A stretch of 64,000 nucleotides of DNA from an uncultured Lentisphaeria bacterium (GTDB lineage Bacteria > Verrucomicrobiota > Lentisphaeria > Victivallales > UBA1829). A program made the translations under genes and the position numbers. Positions 45,880 through 55,951 of the stretch are shown piece by piece. The notes beneath the pieces were generated by a model. That model was given only the letters and a program-made list of their open reading frames with translations. It was not told the DNA's origin and searched no databases. The stretch spans positions 9,090 through 73,089 of the forward strand of contig CAJKAR010000013.1 of assembly GCA_905197955.1 (NCBI GenBank). The letters are read 5' to 3'. How positions within the stretch are numbered: the first letter of the stretch is position 1; every line of letters begins with the position of its first letter.

Positions 45880-48800
45880 AGCTGGAAAAGATCCGTTTCC
45901 GCAATCTGGCGTCCCTGCACGGAGAGTGGACGATTGATCTGACGGAGAATGTCTTCTCCGATGCGGGGATTTTCGCACTTTCCGGACCTGTCGGTTCCGG
46001 GAAAACAACGGTATTCGATGCGGTACGCCTCGCGCTCTTCGGACGGACCTCCCGTCTGGACCGGATCAATCAGAACGACAACGAAATCATGACCCGCGGA
46101 ACCAAGGACTGTTTCGCGGAACTCATCTTCTCCAATGACAAAGGACGTTTCCTCTGCCGCTGGTCCCAGCGGCGCGCACAGCGTTCCGGAAATCTCCAGA
46201 TGGCGGAACACTCGCTTGCCGAATTCAGGGATGGATCGGAAACAGCCGTCATCCTGACCTCAAAACTGGAGGAGACCCGAAAACGCATCCGGGAGATCAT
46301 CCGGATGGATTTCAAACACTTCTCCCGTGCCATGATTCTGCCGCAGGGACAGTTCGCCGATTTTCTACAGGCTCCGCCCGAAGAGCGCGCGCCTGTCCTC
46401 GAACAGATCACCGGAACAGAGATCTATACCGAAATCTCCAAAAAAGTCCATGAAACGTGCCGGACGCTTGAAAGTGAACTGAAATCTCTGCGCGATACCG
46501 TGCAGGGTATCGAATTTCTGGATCCGGATCAAAGCGAAGAGCTGAAAAAAACAATCGCGACCAATCAGGATGAGGTCAAGCACATCAGGACGGAATACGA
46601 CCGCTGTGCCGCTCTTCTTCAAAACTGCAACGCTCTTGCCCTGGAAACAGAGGGGCTTAACGCGCTTCTGCTCGAACTGCCGGATGCGGAACGTTCTGTG
46701 CAGGACGCGAAAGACACGCTCCAGGATGCCGCAAATGCACTCAATGCCGCCAAGGAAGAGTCTACACTACTGGCACCGCTCCTTCTGAAAGTCCGCGAAC
46801 TGGACACAAAAATGGCTCTCGAATCGGAACATCTGAAACAGGCAGAGGATGAATTTTCCACTCATTCCGCCGGACATGCCGCGGAAATGCAGAAACAGGA
46901 ATCCGGAAAACAACGCCTTGCGGACCTCAATAAAAAGCTCTCCGATCTCCGGAACTATCTGGAGACCCATGCGCCGGATAAGAATCTGAACAGCGATCTC
47001 GGAAGCATTGAACTGCTTGCTTCCCGTGAAAAAGCCCTCGATAAAGCGGGAAGGGATCTGACAGCCGGTCTACGGAAAAATGCGGAAGAACTCGAAAAAA
47101 AAGAGCGCGAAATCGAATTGCTCTCCAGCGACCGCGAAAAGGCATTGAAAGAACGGAACCAGGCGGAAGAATCTCTCAGAGAGAAAAAAGCGTCCGGCAA
47201 AAAACTGCTGGGAGAAGAGGGATCCATCGCCGGATTCTATGAGACGCTGAATCAGGCAAAACAGCAGACTGCGCTCCTGAAGGAGATGCTCTCGCTCTGC
47301 GAATCGGAATGGAAACTGCGGACCCGGAAAACCGAAGCGGAAAATCTTCTCTCCCGGAACAGGGACAAACAAAAACAGAATGAAGAACTGATCGCCGCCA
47401 GACGCGAAGTCCGAAAACAACTGGCAGAACAGCTGGCTCTCCTGGAGCGCCAGAGATTGTTCGAGGCAAAAATTGCAGCCTATGAAAAGGATCGCAACGC
47501 TCTGGAGGAAGGAGTTCCATGTCCGCTCTGCGGTTCAAAAAATCATCCTTATGCGGAACAGCTTCCGGAAACGCTTCCGGAAGATCGTGTGGATGCCGTC
47601 CGCCGCGATACAGAATCCGCAGCGGAAGAGATCTCCGTTCTGGAAAAACATGGTGCCGAACTGAATGTCCTTGCAAAAAACACGCAGCAGGAGCTCCTTC
47701 AGATCGAGACGGAACTCCGTTCTCTTCTCTCCGACCGGGAAAAATATGACTGGACCTCATTCGAATCGCTCCATTCCCCCTTCGAACTTTCCGGAGAGAT
47801 TCGAGCCAGACTTGCCGTACAGGAACACCTGACCGCTCAACAGGAACAGAAGGCAAAATCCATCGAACAGATGCTTGCGGAAACAGCGAATGCCGAAAAA
47901 CATCTGCAAAACGCGGAAGAAATGGCACGACGTTCCATCGGAGCGCTGGAACATGCGGAAATGGAAAAAAAATCTTTTCAAGCTCTGCGGAATAAAAGTC
48001 TGGAAGAACTTGAAACTCGAAAGCAGGAACGCGAAGAATCTCTTCTTGCTCTGAACAGCATTCTCGCACGATATGGAGTTTCCGCAGAGGAGAAGAGTTA
48101 TCTGGAGCAGTTGAAGAATCGGGCGGCGGCATTTGAACAGAACGTCCGGAAAGAGCAGACTCTCGGACTGGAAACGGTTCGTCTCTCCGCAGATCTCGCC
48201 TCCGGGGAGGAACGTTTGCGGAACAACGTTCAGAAGCTGGAAACGGAAGCTCAGGCATTGAAAATGCGGCGACTCCATCTGGAAAACCTGCAAAAGGCCC
48301 GAACGGAACTTTTCGGAGAACGGAATCCGGCGAATGAAGAGCGGATCGCCACGGAAAAAACAGCAGCGGCGGAACAGCTTCTCCGGCAAAGGAACGAAGA
48401 ACTGGCAAAACAGACGGACCGTTTGCGCGTACTCAAAACACGGAAAGATGAAACTCTTGCGCGAATCGAAAAATATCAAAAACAGATCGAAGAGCAGAAT
48501 CCGGACCATTTCTCAAAAACGGAACTGGAATCGCGACAGATGGAACTGGATGGGAAACGACAGGAGAAAATGCGTCTGATCGGAGAATGTCTTGCCCGGC
48601 TCAAGACGTCCGATCAGAACCGGGAAAAGGCATCCGCCCTGGTCGCGGAAATAGAATCGAAATGCGCCGTCCAGCGGAAATGGGAGTTCCTGAATGATCT
48701 GATCGGCTCCAGCGACGGGAAAAAATATCGAACCTTTGTCCAGTCGCTCACACTGGAAACACTCATTGAAAACGCCAACGGACAGCTTGCAAAATTCAGC

Positions 48801-49214
48801 GACCGCTACACTCTGACAGCCGATTCCGGCAACGGACTCGAATTCAATGTAAAAGATGCCTACCGCGGAAATGAAATCCGTTCGACCCGGAATCTTTCCG
48901 GCGGAGAGACCTTTCTCATCAGTCTGGCTCTTGCGCTCGGACTTTCCCGCATGGCACGCAACCGGGTACGGATCGACACTCTTTTCCTCGACGAGGGGTT
49001 CGGAACCCTTGATGAAGAAACTCTCCAGCATGCACTCGAACAGCTCGCCGGACTCAAACAGAACGGAAAACTGATCGGCATTATCTCTCATGCCCACGGC
49101 ATTGAAGATATCGTTCCCGTGGTTCTTCATTTCGAAAACCATGCAGGATACAGCACCATTTCCGGGCCCGGAGTCAGCGGAGATACCCGAAAAGTGCAAA
49201 TTCCCGGAAAATAA
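45876..49214 (+). CDS. sbcC: SbcC (Rad50-like) nuclease ATPase subunit
   Basis: The N-terminus is collinear with E. coli SbcC as I remember it (..FRNLASLHGEWTIDLTE..GIFALSGPVGSGKTTVFDAVRLALFG..ILPQGQFADFL..ITGTEIY). It has long coiled coils, a zinc hook CPLCGS, the signature LSGGETFLISLALALGLS, and Walker B TLFLDEGFGTLD. Confidence 0.9.
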   Translation: MKLEKIRFRNLASLHGEWTIDLTENVFSDAGIFALSGPVGSGKTTVFDAVRLALFGRTSRLDRINQNDNEIMTRGTKDCFAELIFSNDKGRFLCRWSQRRAQRSGNLQMAEHSLAEFRDGSETAVILTSKLEETRKRIREIIRMDFKHFSRAMILPQGQFADFLQAPPEERAPVLEQITGTEIYTEISKKVHETCRTLESELKSLRDTVQGIEFLDPDQSEELKKTIATNQDEVKHIRTEYDRCAALLQNCNALALETEGLNALLLELPDAERSVQDAKDTLQDAANALNAAKEESTLLAPLLLKVRELDTKMALESEHLKQAEDEFSTHSAGHAAEMQKQESGKQRLADLNKKLSDLRNYLETHAPDKNLNSDLGSIELLASREKALDKAGRDLTAGLRKNAEELEKKEREIELLSSDREKALKERNQAEESLREKKASGKKLLGEEGSIAGFYETLNQAKQQTALLKEMLSLCESEWKLRTRKTEAENLLSRNRDKQKQNEELIAARREVRKQLAEQLALLERQRLFEAKIAAYEKDRNALEEGVPCPLCGSKNHPYAEQLPETLPEDRVDAVRRDTESAAEEISVLEKHGAELNVLAKNTQQELLQIETELRSLLSDREKYDWTSFESLHSPFELSGEIRARLAVQEHLTAQQEQKAKSIEQMLAETANAEKHLQNAEEMARRSIGALEHAEMEKKSFQALRNKSLEELETRKQEREESLLALNSILARYGVSAEEKSYLEQLKNRAAAFEQNVRKEQTLGLETVRLSADLASGEERLRNNVQKLETEAQALKMRRLHLENLQKARTELFGERNPANEERIATEKTAAAEQLLRQRNEELAKQTDRLRVLKTRKDETLARIEKYQKQIEEQNPDHFSKTELESRQMELDGKRQEKMRLIGECLARLKTSDQNREKASALVAEIESKCAVQRKWEFLNDLIGSSDGKKYRTFVQSLTLETLIENANGQLAKFSDRYTLTADSGNGLEFNVKDAYRGNEIRSTRNLSGGETFLISLALALGLSRMARNRVRIDTLFLDEGFGTLDEETLQHALEQLAGLKQNGKLIGIISHAHGIEDIVPVVLHFENHAGYSTISGPGVSGDTRKVQIPGK

Positions 49215-49368
49215 CCACATCCTGTCCCCCTCCACTCTTCCGGAAGAAAACAGAAGTGATTGCATTTTCTGAAAATCATGCTATCATATTGAAACGGAAA
49301 AAGAAGAGACGTCCAGTCTTCGTTTCTTCTGTTAACTCATGAGCTCATCAATAGAGGAGGATCGTATA

Positions 49369-49845
49369 ATGAAAAAACTTCTCACCATCTCAGCTTTGTC
49401 CCTTGCAACTTTATTCGCAGCCGGCATTCTTTCTTCCGGCTGCTGTTCCGATGGAACCTGCGTACAGACAAAAAAACAGCAGGCAAGTTCCATCACCGGC
49501 ACAGTCTGGAAATTAAGAACCGATTCTCTTTCCGGAATCAGCAAAACAACGGAAAAACCGGATCGTGCAGTCACATTCCGAATTGAGAAAACGGGTATGG
49601 TCTCCGGTTGCGCCGGAATCAACCGCTACTTCGGATCCGCCGTATTGGATCAGGAGAAAAACAACCTGAAGTTCGGTGCCGGACTCGGTGCTACAAAAAT
49701 GGCAGGCAAAGGAATGGCGTTTGAAGATGCTTATCTGAAAATGCTTTCCCAGGTGACTTCTTACGACAGCACGGGAAAGATCCTGCGCTTCCTGGATAAA
49801 AACGGAAAGGTTCTCGCCGTTTTTGATCTCTCGGCTGAAAAATAA
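49369..49845 (+). CDS. META-domain (HslJ-like) lipoprotein
   Basis: Lipobox ILSSGC. ITGTVWKL..VSGCAGINRYFGS..LKFGAGLGATKMAG..EDAYLKML is the META-domain pattern. The ATG at 49369 follows agaggagga. Confidence 0.75.
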   Translation: MKKLLTISALSLATLFAAGILSSGCCSDGTCVQTKKQQASSITGTVWKLRTDSLSGISKTTEKPDRAVTFRIEKTGMVSGCAGINRYFGSAVLDQEKNNLKFGAGLGATKMAGKGMAFEDAYLKMLSQVTSYDSTGKILRFLDKNGKVLAVFDLSAEK

Positions 49846-49868
49846 CGCGAAAAACATATTTTTTCCAA

Positions 49869-49900
49869 CCCCATCGGGCTCCGAAGTCCGATGGGGTTTT
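49869..49900 (+). terminator. Rho-independent terminator between convergent genes
   Basis: ccccatcgg gctccgaagt ccgatgggg, followed by tttt. Confidence 0.65.
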
Positions 49901-50001
49901 CTTATTGTTCTCCTCAGATCCGGATCAGAAAATACATCTTTGCAAACATCATTCATGTCTGCCGGAACGCTCCTTCCGATCAGCTGCCAAATGCAAGAGA
50001 T

Positions 50002-53000
50002 TTAAATGCGAACCGCATCCCATTTCCGTTTCAGGACTTCGGGACCGCACTTTTCCAGAGTCCGGATCTCCGGAGCATACCGATTGATATTGGCCTCTTC
50101 AAAGAGCAGATAAAATTCGCAAAGCTCTTCGTTTCTTTCCAGATCGGGTTCCACGTCCAGCGCCAGTTTGAGCTTAGAAACATAGAGTTCCAGATCGGCT
50201 CCTTTCTGAGCATCCTTTGCCGGAGCGGTCAAGGCGCGCTCGACGCGGATTTTCAGCGCTTTCAGATATCGATCGTAACGGGAAAAAGCAGCGCGGCAGC
50301 GCAAGAACCCCTTGCGGAACAGAAATTCGAGCCGTTCTTCAATCGCATAAGCGCAGTCCGATTCGCGAGGCAGACGGCGTTTCAGCGACACGACCTCCTC
50401 GTAAAGCGCAAACACGCTTTTCAACTCCGCAAGTTTTCCTGCAAGCAGTTCCGCCGCGCAGTCCCGGGAATGTTCCACGCTCTGCGCGAAATCCCCTGCG
50501 GAGCGGATATCCCAGCAATCGACCGGAAACGACTCCCGGACCGCACTGTCAATCAGCTCGTCCCTCCACTGCGGATCGTTCAGAAAGAAGCTCAGTTCCA
50601 GATCATGCGGCACCTTCAAAGCCGATCTCATATGCTTGATCAGAACCGGCATCTCCATTCGATAGAGCATCAGGAGTCCGCGCTCGTGATTGAGTTTTGC
50701 CTCGCGTTCCTTCAGGAAGACTTTCCGTCCGACACTCTCCTCCTCCGCAACCACCGCCGGATATCCGAGCGTCCCCGCCTCCTTCGATACCGTAATCGAA
50801 TACGGCAGCGTCTCGGAAATGCCCGGCCAGCAGCGGCAATGCTCCATATCCCATTTCTTCACGGCAGGAATATTGGTGCTCAGGCAGGAATCCAGACGAT
50901 GCACATCCGGGAAGGTCCGCGTAATCTCCCGGACTTTCCCATGTTCGTTCAGAATGGAAAGTTTCATCTGAAGATACTCCGGCAGATCGGCTCGATCAAA
51001 CGCATCTTGTTCAATTTCAACACCATACTCCTCCAGCAGAAAGTCCGTCAGAGCCAATGCCAGCGGCTGTTCCGTGAAAATCTCTCCGGCGCGGTACCGT
51101 TCCATAAAGGAATCGACCGCATCCGCAATCGGCATCAGTTCCACACGGATACTCTTCGGCAGGGAGCGGATCATCAGTTCAATTTTCTGCGGGAGATAGC
51201 CCGGCACCAGGTAGTCAAGCACATAGGGACTGAGAAGATTCAGGGAATCCTCGCGCGCAAGCAGCGTAATGCCGTCGTGCTTCTCCCCGGGATCGTAACG
51301 GTAGGAAAGAGAAAAACGCTGACCGGCAAAGATGAGAAAATCCGGATAATCGCTCTCCCTCAATTCAGAATAGGATTCGGTTGTAAACTCTTCCGGCGGA
51401 GGAGCATAACTCTTTTTCTCCGCATTCCAGAGACGCTTCACGGCATCGACGGAACAGATCTCCGGCGGAAGAGAGCGGTCGAACCAGTCATACAACGCCA
51501 CCTCGTCGATCAGGGAGTCCGGACGGCGGATTTTCAGTTCCAGCAGCCGCAGTTCCCGAATCAGGTAGCTGCTCTCCTCCAGCCATGATCCGCGCAGATT
51601 CGCCGCGCCGGATACAAGTCCTTCCCGGAGAAAGACTTCGCGAGTCTCCTTCGGATGTGTCTTGGCATAATGGCACCGCCGGCCCGGATGGATCACAAGC
51701 TGTCCGGCAGTCACCCGTTCCCGGGCATAGACAAATCCCGAACGGTCGTCCCAGTAAACATTGTCATAAACATAGGCACAGAGATGCGGCGCAATCTGTT
51801 CCAGCCACTCCGTACGCGCCTCCGCATTGCACCGGGCAAACACACGCGTTGTCTCGACCAGCGCAAACGAAAGAACACAGTCGGGCGGAGATTTCCGTTT
51901 TGCCAGTCCGGAACCGGGAAACAGCAGAAATTTCTTCCCGCCCATATCGGAATACAGACGTGTCTCCCGGTTATAACACCCCAGCTGACGCGGCAGTCCG
52001 CTCAGCAGAACCTTGTGAAAAACATCGTAAGGAAGACGTTCCAGATTAATCTCATTTTTCGATGTGCATCCTGCTTCCGCACAGATCTCCCGGAGATCAT
52101 CCGCCAGATTGCGCCATTCACGGATGCGCCGGTAATTCAGATAATTCTTCTGCGCAAAACGGCGGAGCGCCTGATTCGAATTCCGATTGTTCCGGAACTC
52201 CTCTTCCAGCGCGAGCCAGAGATTCAGGATGCCGATGAAATCGGATTTGTCGGAAGCGAACTTCCGATGGGCGGCATCGGCTTCGGAGGCCTTTTCAAAC
52301 GGGCGCTCCCGCGGATCCGGAATACTCAGGAATGCCACAATCACAAGGAGTTCGGAAAGGAGCCGATGACGATCCGCTTCCAGCAGCATCTTTCCGAGAT
52401 GCGGATCGAGCGGCATCGCCGCCAGCTTGCGTCCGATCGGCGTCAGACGCGTTCCGTTGAGTGCGCGAAGATCGTTCAGCGCGCGCATTCCCTCCCGCAC
52501 AAGCGCAGGCGACGGCTCATCCACCAGCGGGAACTCTCCCAGCGGCGGCAATCCCAGCGACGCCATCTGCAAAATCACTCCGGCCAGCGACGAACGCTGA
52601 ATCTCCGGCGGAGTAAACTCGGCACTTTCGTTCAGGACCTCTTCCGAATACAGATGGACGCAGACACCATCGCGAAGACGTCCGCAGCGTCCCCGTCTCT
52701 GCCGCGCGCTTGCCTGGGAGATCGTCTCCACGCGCAGCTCCTGAATCCGGGTGCGCGGATTGTAACGACTCAGCCGGACCAGTCCGGAATCCACCACATA
52801 ACGGATGCCGGGAATCGTCAGCGAGGTCTCCGCCACGTTTGTGGCCAGCACAATCCGTCGGAAACGCGAAGGACTGAACACCCGCTGCTGATCCCCCGCG
52901 GAAAGTCTTCCGAACAGCGGCAGAATTTCCGTATTCGGGAAATTCCGGCCTTTCAGCAGTTCCGCGCAGTCGCGAATCTCCCGCTCGCCGGGCAGAAACA

Positions 53001-53880
53001 CCAGAATATCGCCGCGCCGGTCGATCTCATCCAGAAAGGTGATACCGCGCGCAACGCTTTCCGCAAGTTCCTCATCCTCCTCCGGTTCCAGATAGCAGTC
53101 CTCAATGGGGAAAAGGCGCCCCTCAACTTCTTCCACCGGAGCGTGGTCAAAAAATGCAGAAATCCGTTCCGATTCCAAGGTGGCAGAAGAGATGATCAGT
53201 TTCAGATCCGTCCGCTTCTTCAGAAGAAGTTTCAGATACCCCAGCAGAAAATCAATGTTCAGAGAACGTTCGTGGACCTCGTCAAGAATGATGCAGTCGT
53301 ACTGGTAAAGCATGGGATCGTCGCGCGTCTCGGCAAGGAGGATGCCGTCGGTCATGAATTTGACGACCGTATTCTCCGCGGTCCGGTCATCGAACCGCAC
53401 TTTGTATCCAACCTGAGCGCCGCATTCACAGGAAAGCTCCCCCGCAACCCGTCGGGCAAGAGAAGATGCGGCAATTCTGCGAGGCTGGGTACAGCCGATC
53501 CGTCCGACCCGTCCGAGCCCGGCGGAAAGCGCAATCTTCGGAAGCTGAGTCGTCTTGCCGGACCCCGTCGAACCGCAGACAATCACCACCGAATGACTCT
53601 TCAGCTTTTCCCGGATTGCCTCTACATGTGATGAAATCGGCAGATCTTCAGGAAACTCGTACCGGAGATCATCCGCAATTCTGGCAATCGAGCGTTTCAA
53701 AGCGTTCCGCACCTGAAACGAAAGACTGTTGACCAGATGTTCCGCCGTCTCGGGCTTCCCGCCGAGCGCAGAGGCAGCACGATCCAGATCCCGCTTCAGA
53801 CGGATGGAATCACTCAGCCGGAGCACCGGAAAAAGAGCACGGAGCTCCGAAAGACGCTTTTTCAGATCCGGAACATTCAT
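50002..53880 (-). CDS. hrpA: ATP-dependent DEAH-box RNA helicase HrpA
   Basis: VVIVCGSTGSGKTTQLPK, ILDEVHERSLNIDFLLGYLK, SATL, a length of 1292 aa, and the HA2/OB and HrpA C-terminal region. Confidence 0.9.
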   Translation of the reverse strand: MNVPDLKKRLSELRALFPVLRLSDSIRLKRDLDRAASALGGKPETAEHLVNSLSFQVRNALKRSIARIADDLRYEFPEDLPISSHVEAIREKLKSHSVVIVCGSTGSGKTTQLPKIALSAGLGRVGRIGCTQPRRIAASSLARRVAGELSCECGAQVGYKVRFDDRTAENTVVKFMTDGILLAETRDDPMLYQYDCIILDEVHERSLNIDFLLGYLKLLLKKRTDLKLIISSATLESERISAFFDHAPVEEVEGRLFPIEDCYLEPEEDEELAESVARGITFLDEIDRRGDILVFLPGEREIRDCAELLKGRNFPNTEILPLFGRLSAGDQQRVFSPSRFRRIVLATNVAETSLTIPGIRYVVDSGLVRLSRYNPRTRIQELRVETISQASARQRRGRCGRLRDGVCVHLYSEEVLNESAEFTPPEIQRSSLAGVILQMASLGLPPLGEFPLVDEPSPALVREGMRALNDLRALNGTRLTPIGRKLAAMPLDPHLGKMLLEADRHRLLSELLVIVAFLSIPDPRERPFEKASEADAAHRKFASDKSDFIGILNLWLALEEEFRNNRNSNQALRRFAQKNYLNYRRIREWRNLADDLREICAEAGCTSKNEINLERLPYDVFHKVLLSGLPRQLGCYNRETRLYSDMGGKKFLLFPGSGLAKRKSPPDCVLSFALVETTRVFARCNAEARTEWLEQIAPHLCAYVYDNVYWDDRSGFVYARERVTAGQLVIHPGRRCHYAKTHPKETREVFLREGLVSGAANLRGSWLEESSYLIRELRLLELKIRRPDSLIDEVALYDWFDRSLPPEICSVDAVKRLWNAEKKSYAPPPEEFTTESYSELRESDYPDFLIFAGQRFSLSYRYDPGEKHDGITLLAREDSLNLLSPYVLDYLVPGYLPQKIELMIRSLPKSIRVELMPIADAVDSFMERYRAGEIFTEQPLALALTDFLLEEYGVEIEQDAFDRADLPEYLQMKLSILNEHGKVREITRTFPDVHRLDSCLSTNIPAVKKWDMEHCRCWPGISETLPYSITVSKEAGTLGYPAVVAEEESVGRKVFLKEREAKLNHERGLLMLYRMEMPVLIKHMRSALKVPHDLELSFFLNDPQWRDELIDSAVRESFPVDCWDIRSAGDFAQSVEHSRDCAAELLAGKLAELKSVFALYEEVVSLKRRLPRESDCAYAIEERLEFLFRKGFLRCRAAFSRYDRYLKALKIRVERALTAPAKDAQKGADLELYVSKLKLALDVEPDLERNEELCEFYLLFEEANINRYAPEIRTLEKCGPEVLKRKWDAVRI

Positions 53881-55706
53881 TATTCCACTGTAACGCTTTT
53901 TGCAAGATTTCTCGGATGGTCGATTTCACAACCTCTTGCCCGTGCGAAATAGTAGGCGAAGAGCTGAAGAGCGACCACGGTGGTCAGCGGAGCAATGAAA
54001 CGGGAAGAGGGCGGAACGCGTATGATATCGCCCGTGAACTTGTCGGCAGCGGTGTCGTCGCCCGTTACGACCGCGATCACGGAAGATTTGCGGGCAAGAC
54101 ACTCCTGAATATTGCCGATCATTTTCTCCTGTCCCGGAATCGCGTTCGCGAGCGCCAGAACCGGAACTTTTTCGTCCAACAGGGCAATCGGCCCGTGCTT
54201 CAGCTCCGCGGCATGATATCCTTCCGCATGAATGTAGCTGATCTCCTTGAGCTTGAGCGCTCCTTCCAGAGCGGTCGGATACAGACAGCCGCGGCCGATA
54301 TAGAAGAAATCTTCCGCATACGCATATTTCTCTGCAATCTTCTCAATCACCGGAGCCTGTTTCAGCGTTTCGCGGATAAGTTCGGGCAGTTTCTCAATTT
54401 CAAGCATGAGACGTTCCCCGTCATCGCGATTGAGCCGGCGGTTCCGTCCCAGCATAAGCGCCAGCATCAGCAGAACGGTCACCTGGCAGGTGAACGCCTT
54501 GGTGGAGGCAACACTGATCTCTGGACCGGCGTGCAGATAAATCCCGCGTCCGGCTTCACGCGCAATCGTCGATCCGACCACGTTGCAGAGAGCTGCCACA
54601 ATGGCGCCTTTGTTCATGGCCTCCCGAACGGCGGCGAGAGTATCGGCGGTCTCACCGGACTGGCTGATCGGCAGAACGAGCGTATCCGGATCGATAATCG
54701 GATTGCGGTAACGGAACTCGGCAGCCTGTTCGACCTCGGTCGGAATGCTGGCGATGTCCTCGAAGAAATACTCTCCGACCATGCCCGCGTGAAGACTCGT
54801 TCCACAGCCGGCAATCACGATACGCGAGATTTTCGCCAGCTCATGCGGAGAAAGTCCGAGTCCGGAAAGGATCGCGCTCTTGAGCCGGTGATCCAGACGG
54901 CCGCGAATCGTATTGGCAATGGAATCCGGCTGTTCAAAAATCTCCTTGAGCATAAAGTGCTCATACGAGCCCTTGCCCGACGCGGAAATATCCCAGTCGA
55001 TGCTGGAGACCTCACGTTCCACCGGAAGATTCTCAATGGTACGGAGCTCCACGTTTTTTGGAGTGAGAATTGCAAGATCACCGTCATCAAGATAGATGAC
55101 TTTCCGCGTATAGGCGGCTAGCGGGGTGACGTCACTGGCGACGATATTGCAGTCATCGCCGAGTCCCACGACAATCGGACTGCCATGCCGCGCCGCAATA
55201 ATCGTATCCGGATAATCCGAACAGAGCACCGCAATTCCGTATGTTCCGGAAATCCGGCGCAGCGCGGAAGCAACCGCCTGCACAAAATCGCCCTGATAGA
55301 ACTCCGCGATCAGATTCGGTATCACTTCGCTGTCGGTATCGGAAACAAATTTGTGCCCCTGCTGTTCGAGCTTCTGCTTGAGTTCCGCATAATTTTCAAT
55401 GATTCCATTGTGAACCACGGCGAAACGTCCGGAGGAATCCACATGCGGATGAGCGTTTTTAACGGAAGGAGCCCCATGGGTGGCCCATCTGGTATGTGCG
55501 ATTCCGGTTGAGTTCGGCAGAGAGCCGAGTTCGTTGACCGCAACTTCCAGATTCCTGACTTTGCCGACCGCTTTCACGGTAATCAATTTGTTCCCGGCCA
55601 GCGTGATTCCGGCGGAATCGTAACCACGGTATTCGAGGCGTTTGAGTCCGTCGATGAGAATCTGCGCAGCGGGCCTGTTTCCGGTAAATCCAACGATTCC
55701 GCACAT
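53880..55706 (-). CDS. glmS: Glutamine--fructose-6-phosphate aminotransferase (isomerising)
   Basis: MCGIVGF N-terminal nucleophile, two SIS domains, and the canonical ..KSVTVE C-terminus. Confidence 0.95.
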   Translation of the reverse strand: MCGIVGFTGNRPAAQILIDGLKRLEYRGYDSAGITLAGNKLITVKAVGKVRNLEVAVNELGSLPNSTGIAHTRWATHGAPSVKNAHPHVDSSGRFAVVHNGIIENYAELKQKLEQQGHKFVSDTDSEVIPNLIAEFYQGDFVQAVASALRRISGTYGIAVLCSDYPDTIIAARHGSPIVVGLGDDCNIVASDVTPLAAYTRKVIYLDDGDLAILTPKNVELRTIENLPVEREVSSIDWDISASGKGSYEHFMLKEIFEQPDSIANTIRGRLDHRLKSAILSGLGLSPHELAKISRIVIAGCGTSLHAGMVGEYFFEDIASIPTEVEQAAEFRYRNPIIDPDTLVLPISQSGETADTLAAVREAMNKGAIVAALCNVVGSTIAREAGRGIYLHAGPEISVASTKAFTCQVTVLLMLALMLGRNRRLNRDDGERLMLEIEKLPELIRETLKQAPVIEKIAEKYAYAEDFFYIGRGCLYPTALEGALKLKEISYIHAEGYHAAELKHGPIALLDEKVPVLALANAIPGQEKMIGNIQECLARKSSVIAVVTGDDTAADKFTGDIIRVPPSSRFIAPLTTVVALQLFAYYFARARGCEIDHPRNLAKSVTVE

Positions 55707-55951
55707 AGGTAGAGACTCCTGTTGGTTGACAATGAAAAAAACATCCCGTTACTATACACCGGATTTCAGAAAATGAAACTTCCGGGATCGGATTTTTTCA
55801 AACGTCTCCCGCTCAAAAAGATTACAATTCAGCAATCCGGAATCTCCGGCAGAACAAATCCGCCGGGAATGTCGGAGAAGAATTTCTCCAGACAATTCCT
55901 TTCAGCGAATCAGAGAAAAGGCACGCAAAAACACCAATTCTCCCTCTCTGC

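Noticed and set aside
45876-49214. The SMC/Rad50-like ATPase as part of a defence system (Lamassu/Wadjet/Gabija-like)
   Set aside because: The N-terminal 200 aa are collinear with canonical SbcC, and it has a CxxC zinc hook and standard ABC motifs. No effector nuclease, kleisin-like or other defence partner genes are adjacent. It is treated as housekeeping SbcC with unusual neighbours.
49891-53631. Two long plus-strand ORFs (565 aa and 658 aa) opposite hrpA
   Set aside because: hrpA on the minus strand has full DEAH helicase motifs over the same span. The antisense translations are Arg/Gln/Ile-rich and motif-free.
55707-55951. Possible glmS ribozyme in the glmS leader
   Set aside because: I read the minus-strand leader and found none of the conserved core stretches I associate with the ribozyme. 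The region looks like an ordinary AT-rich promoter/leader. A covariance-model scan would be definitive.
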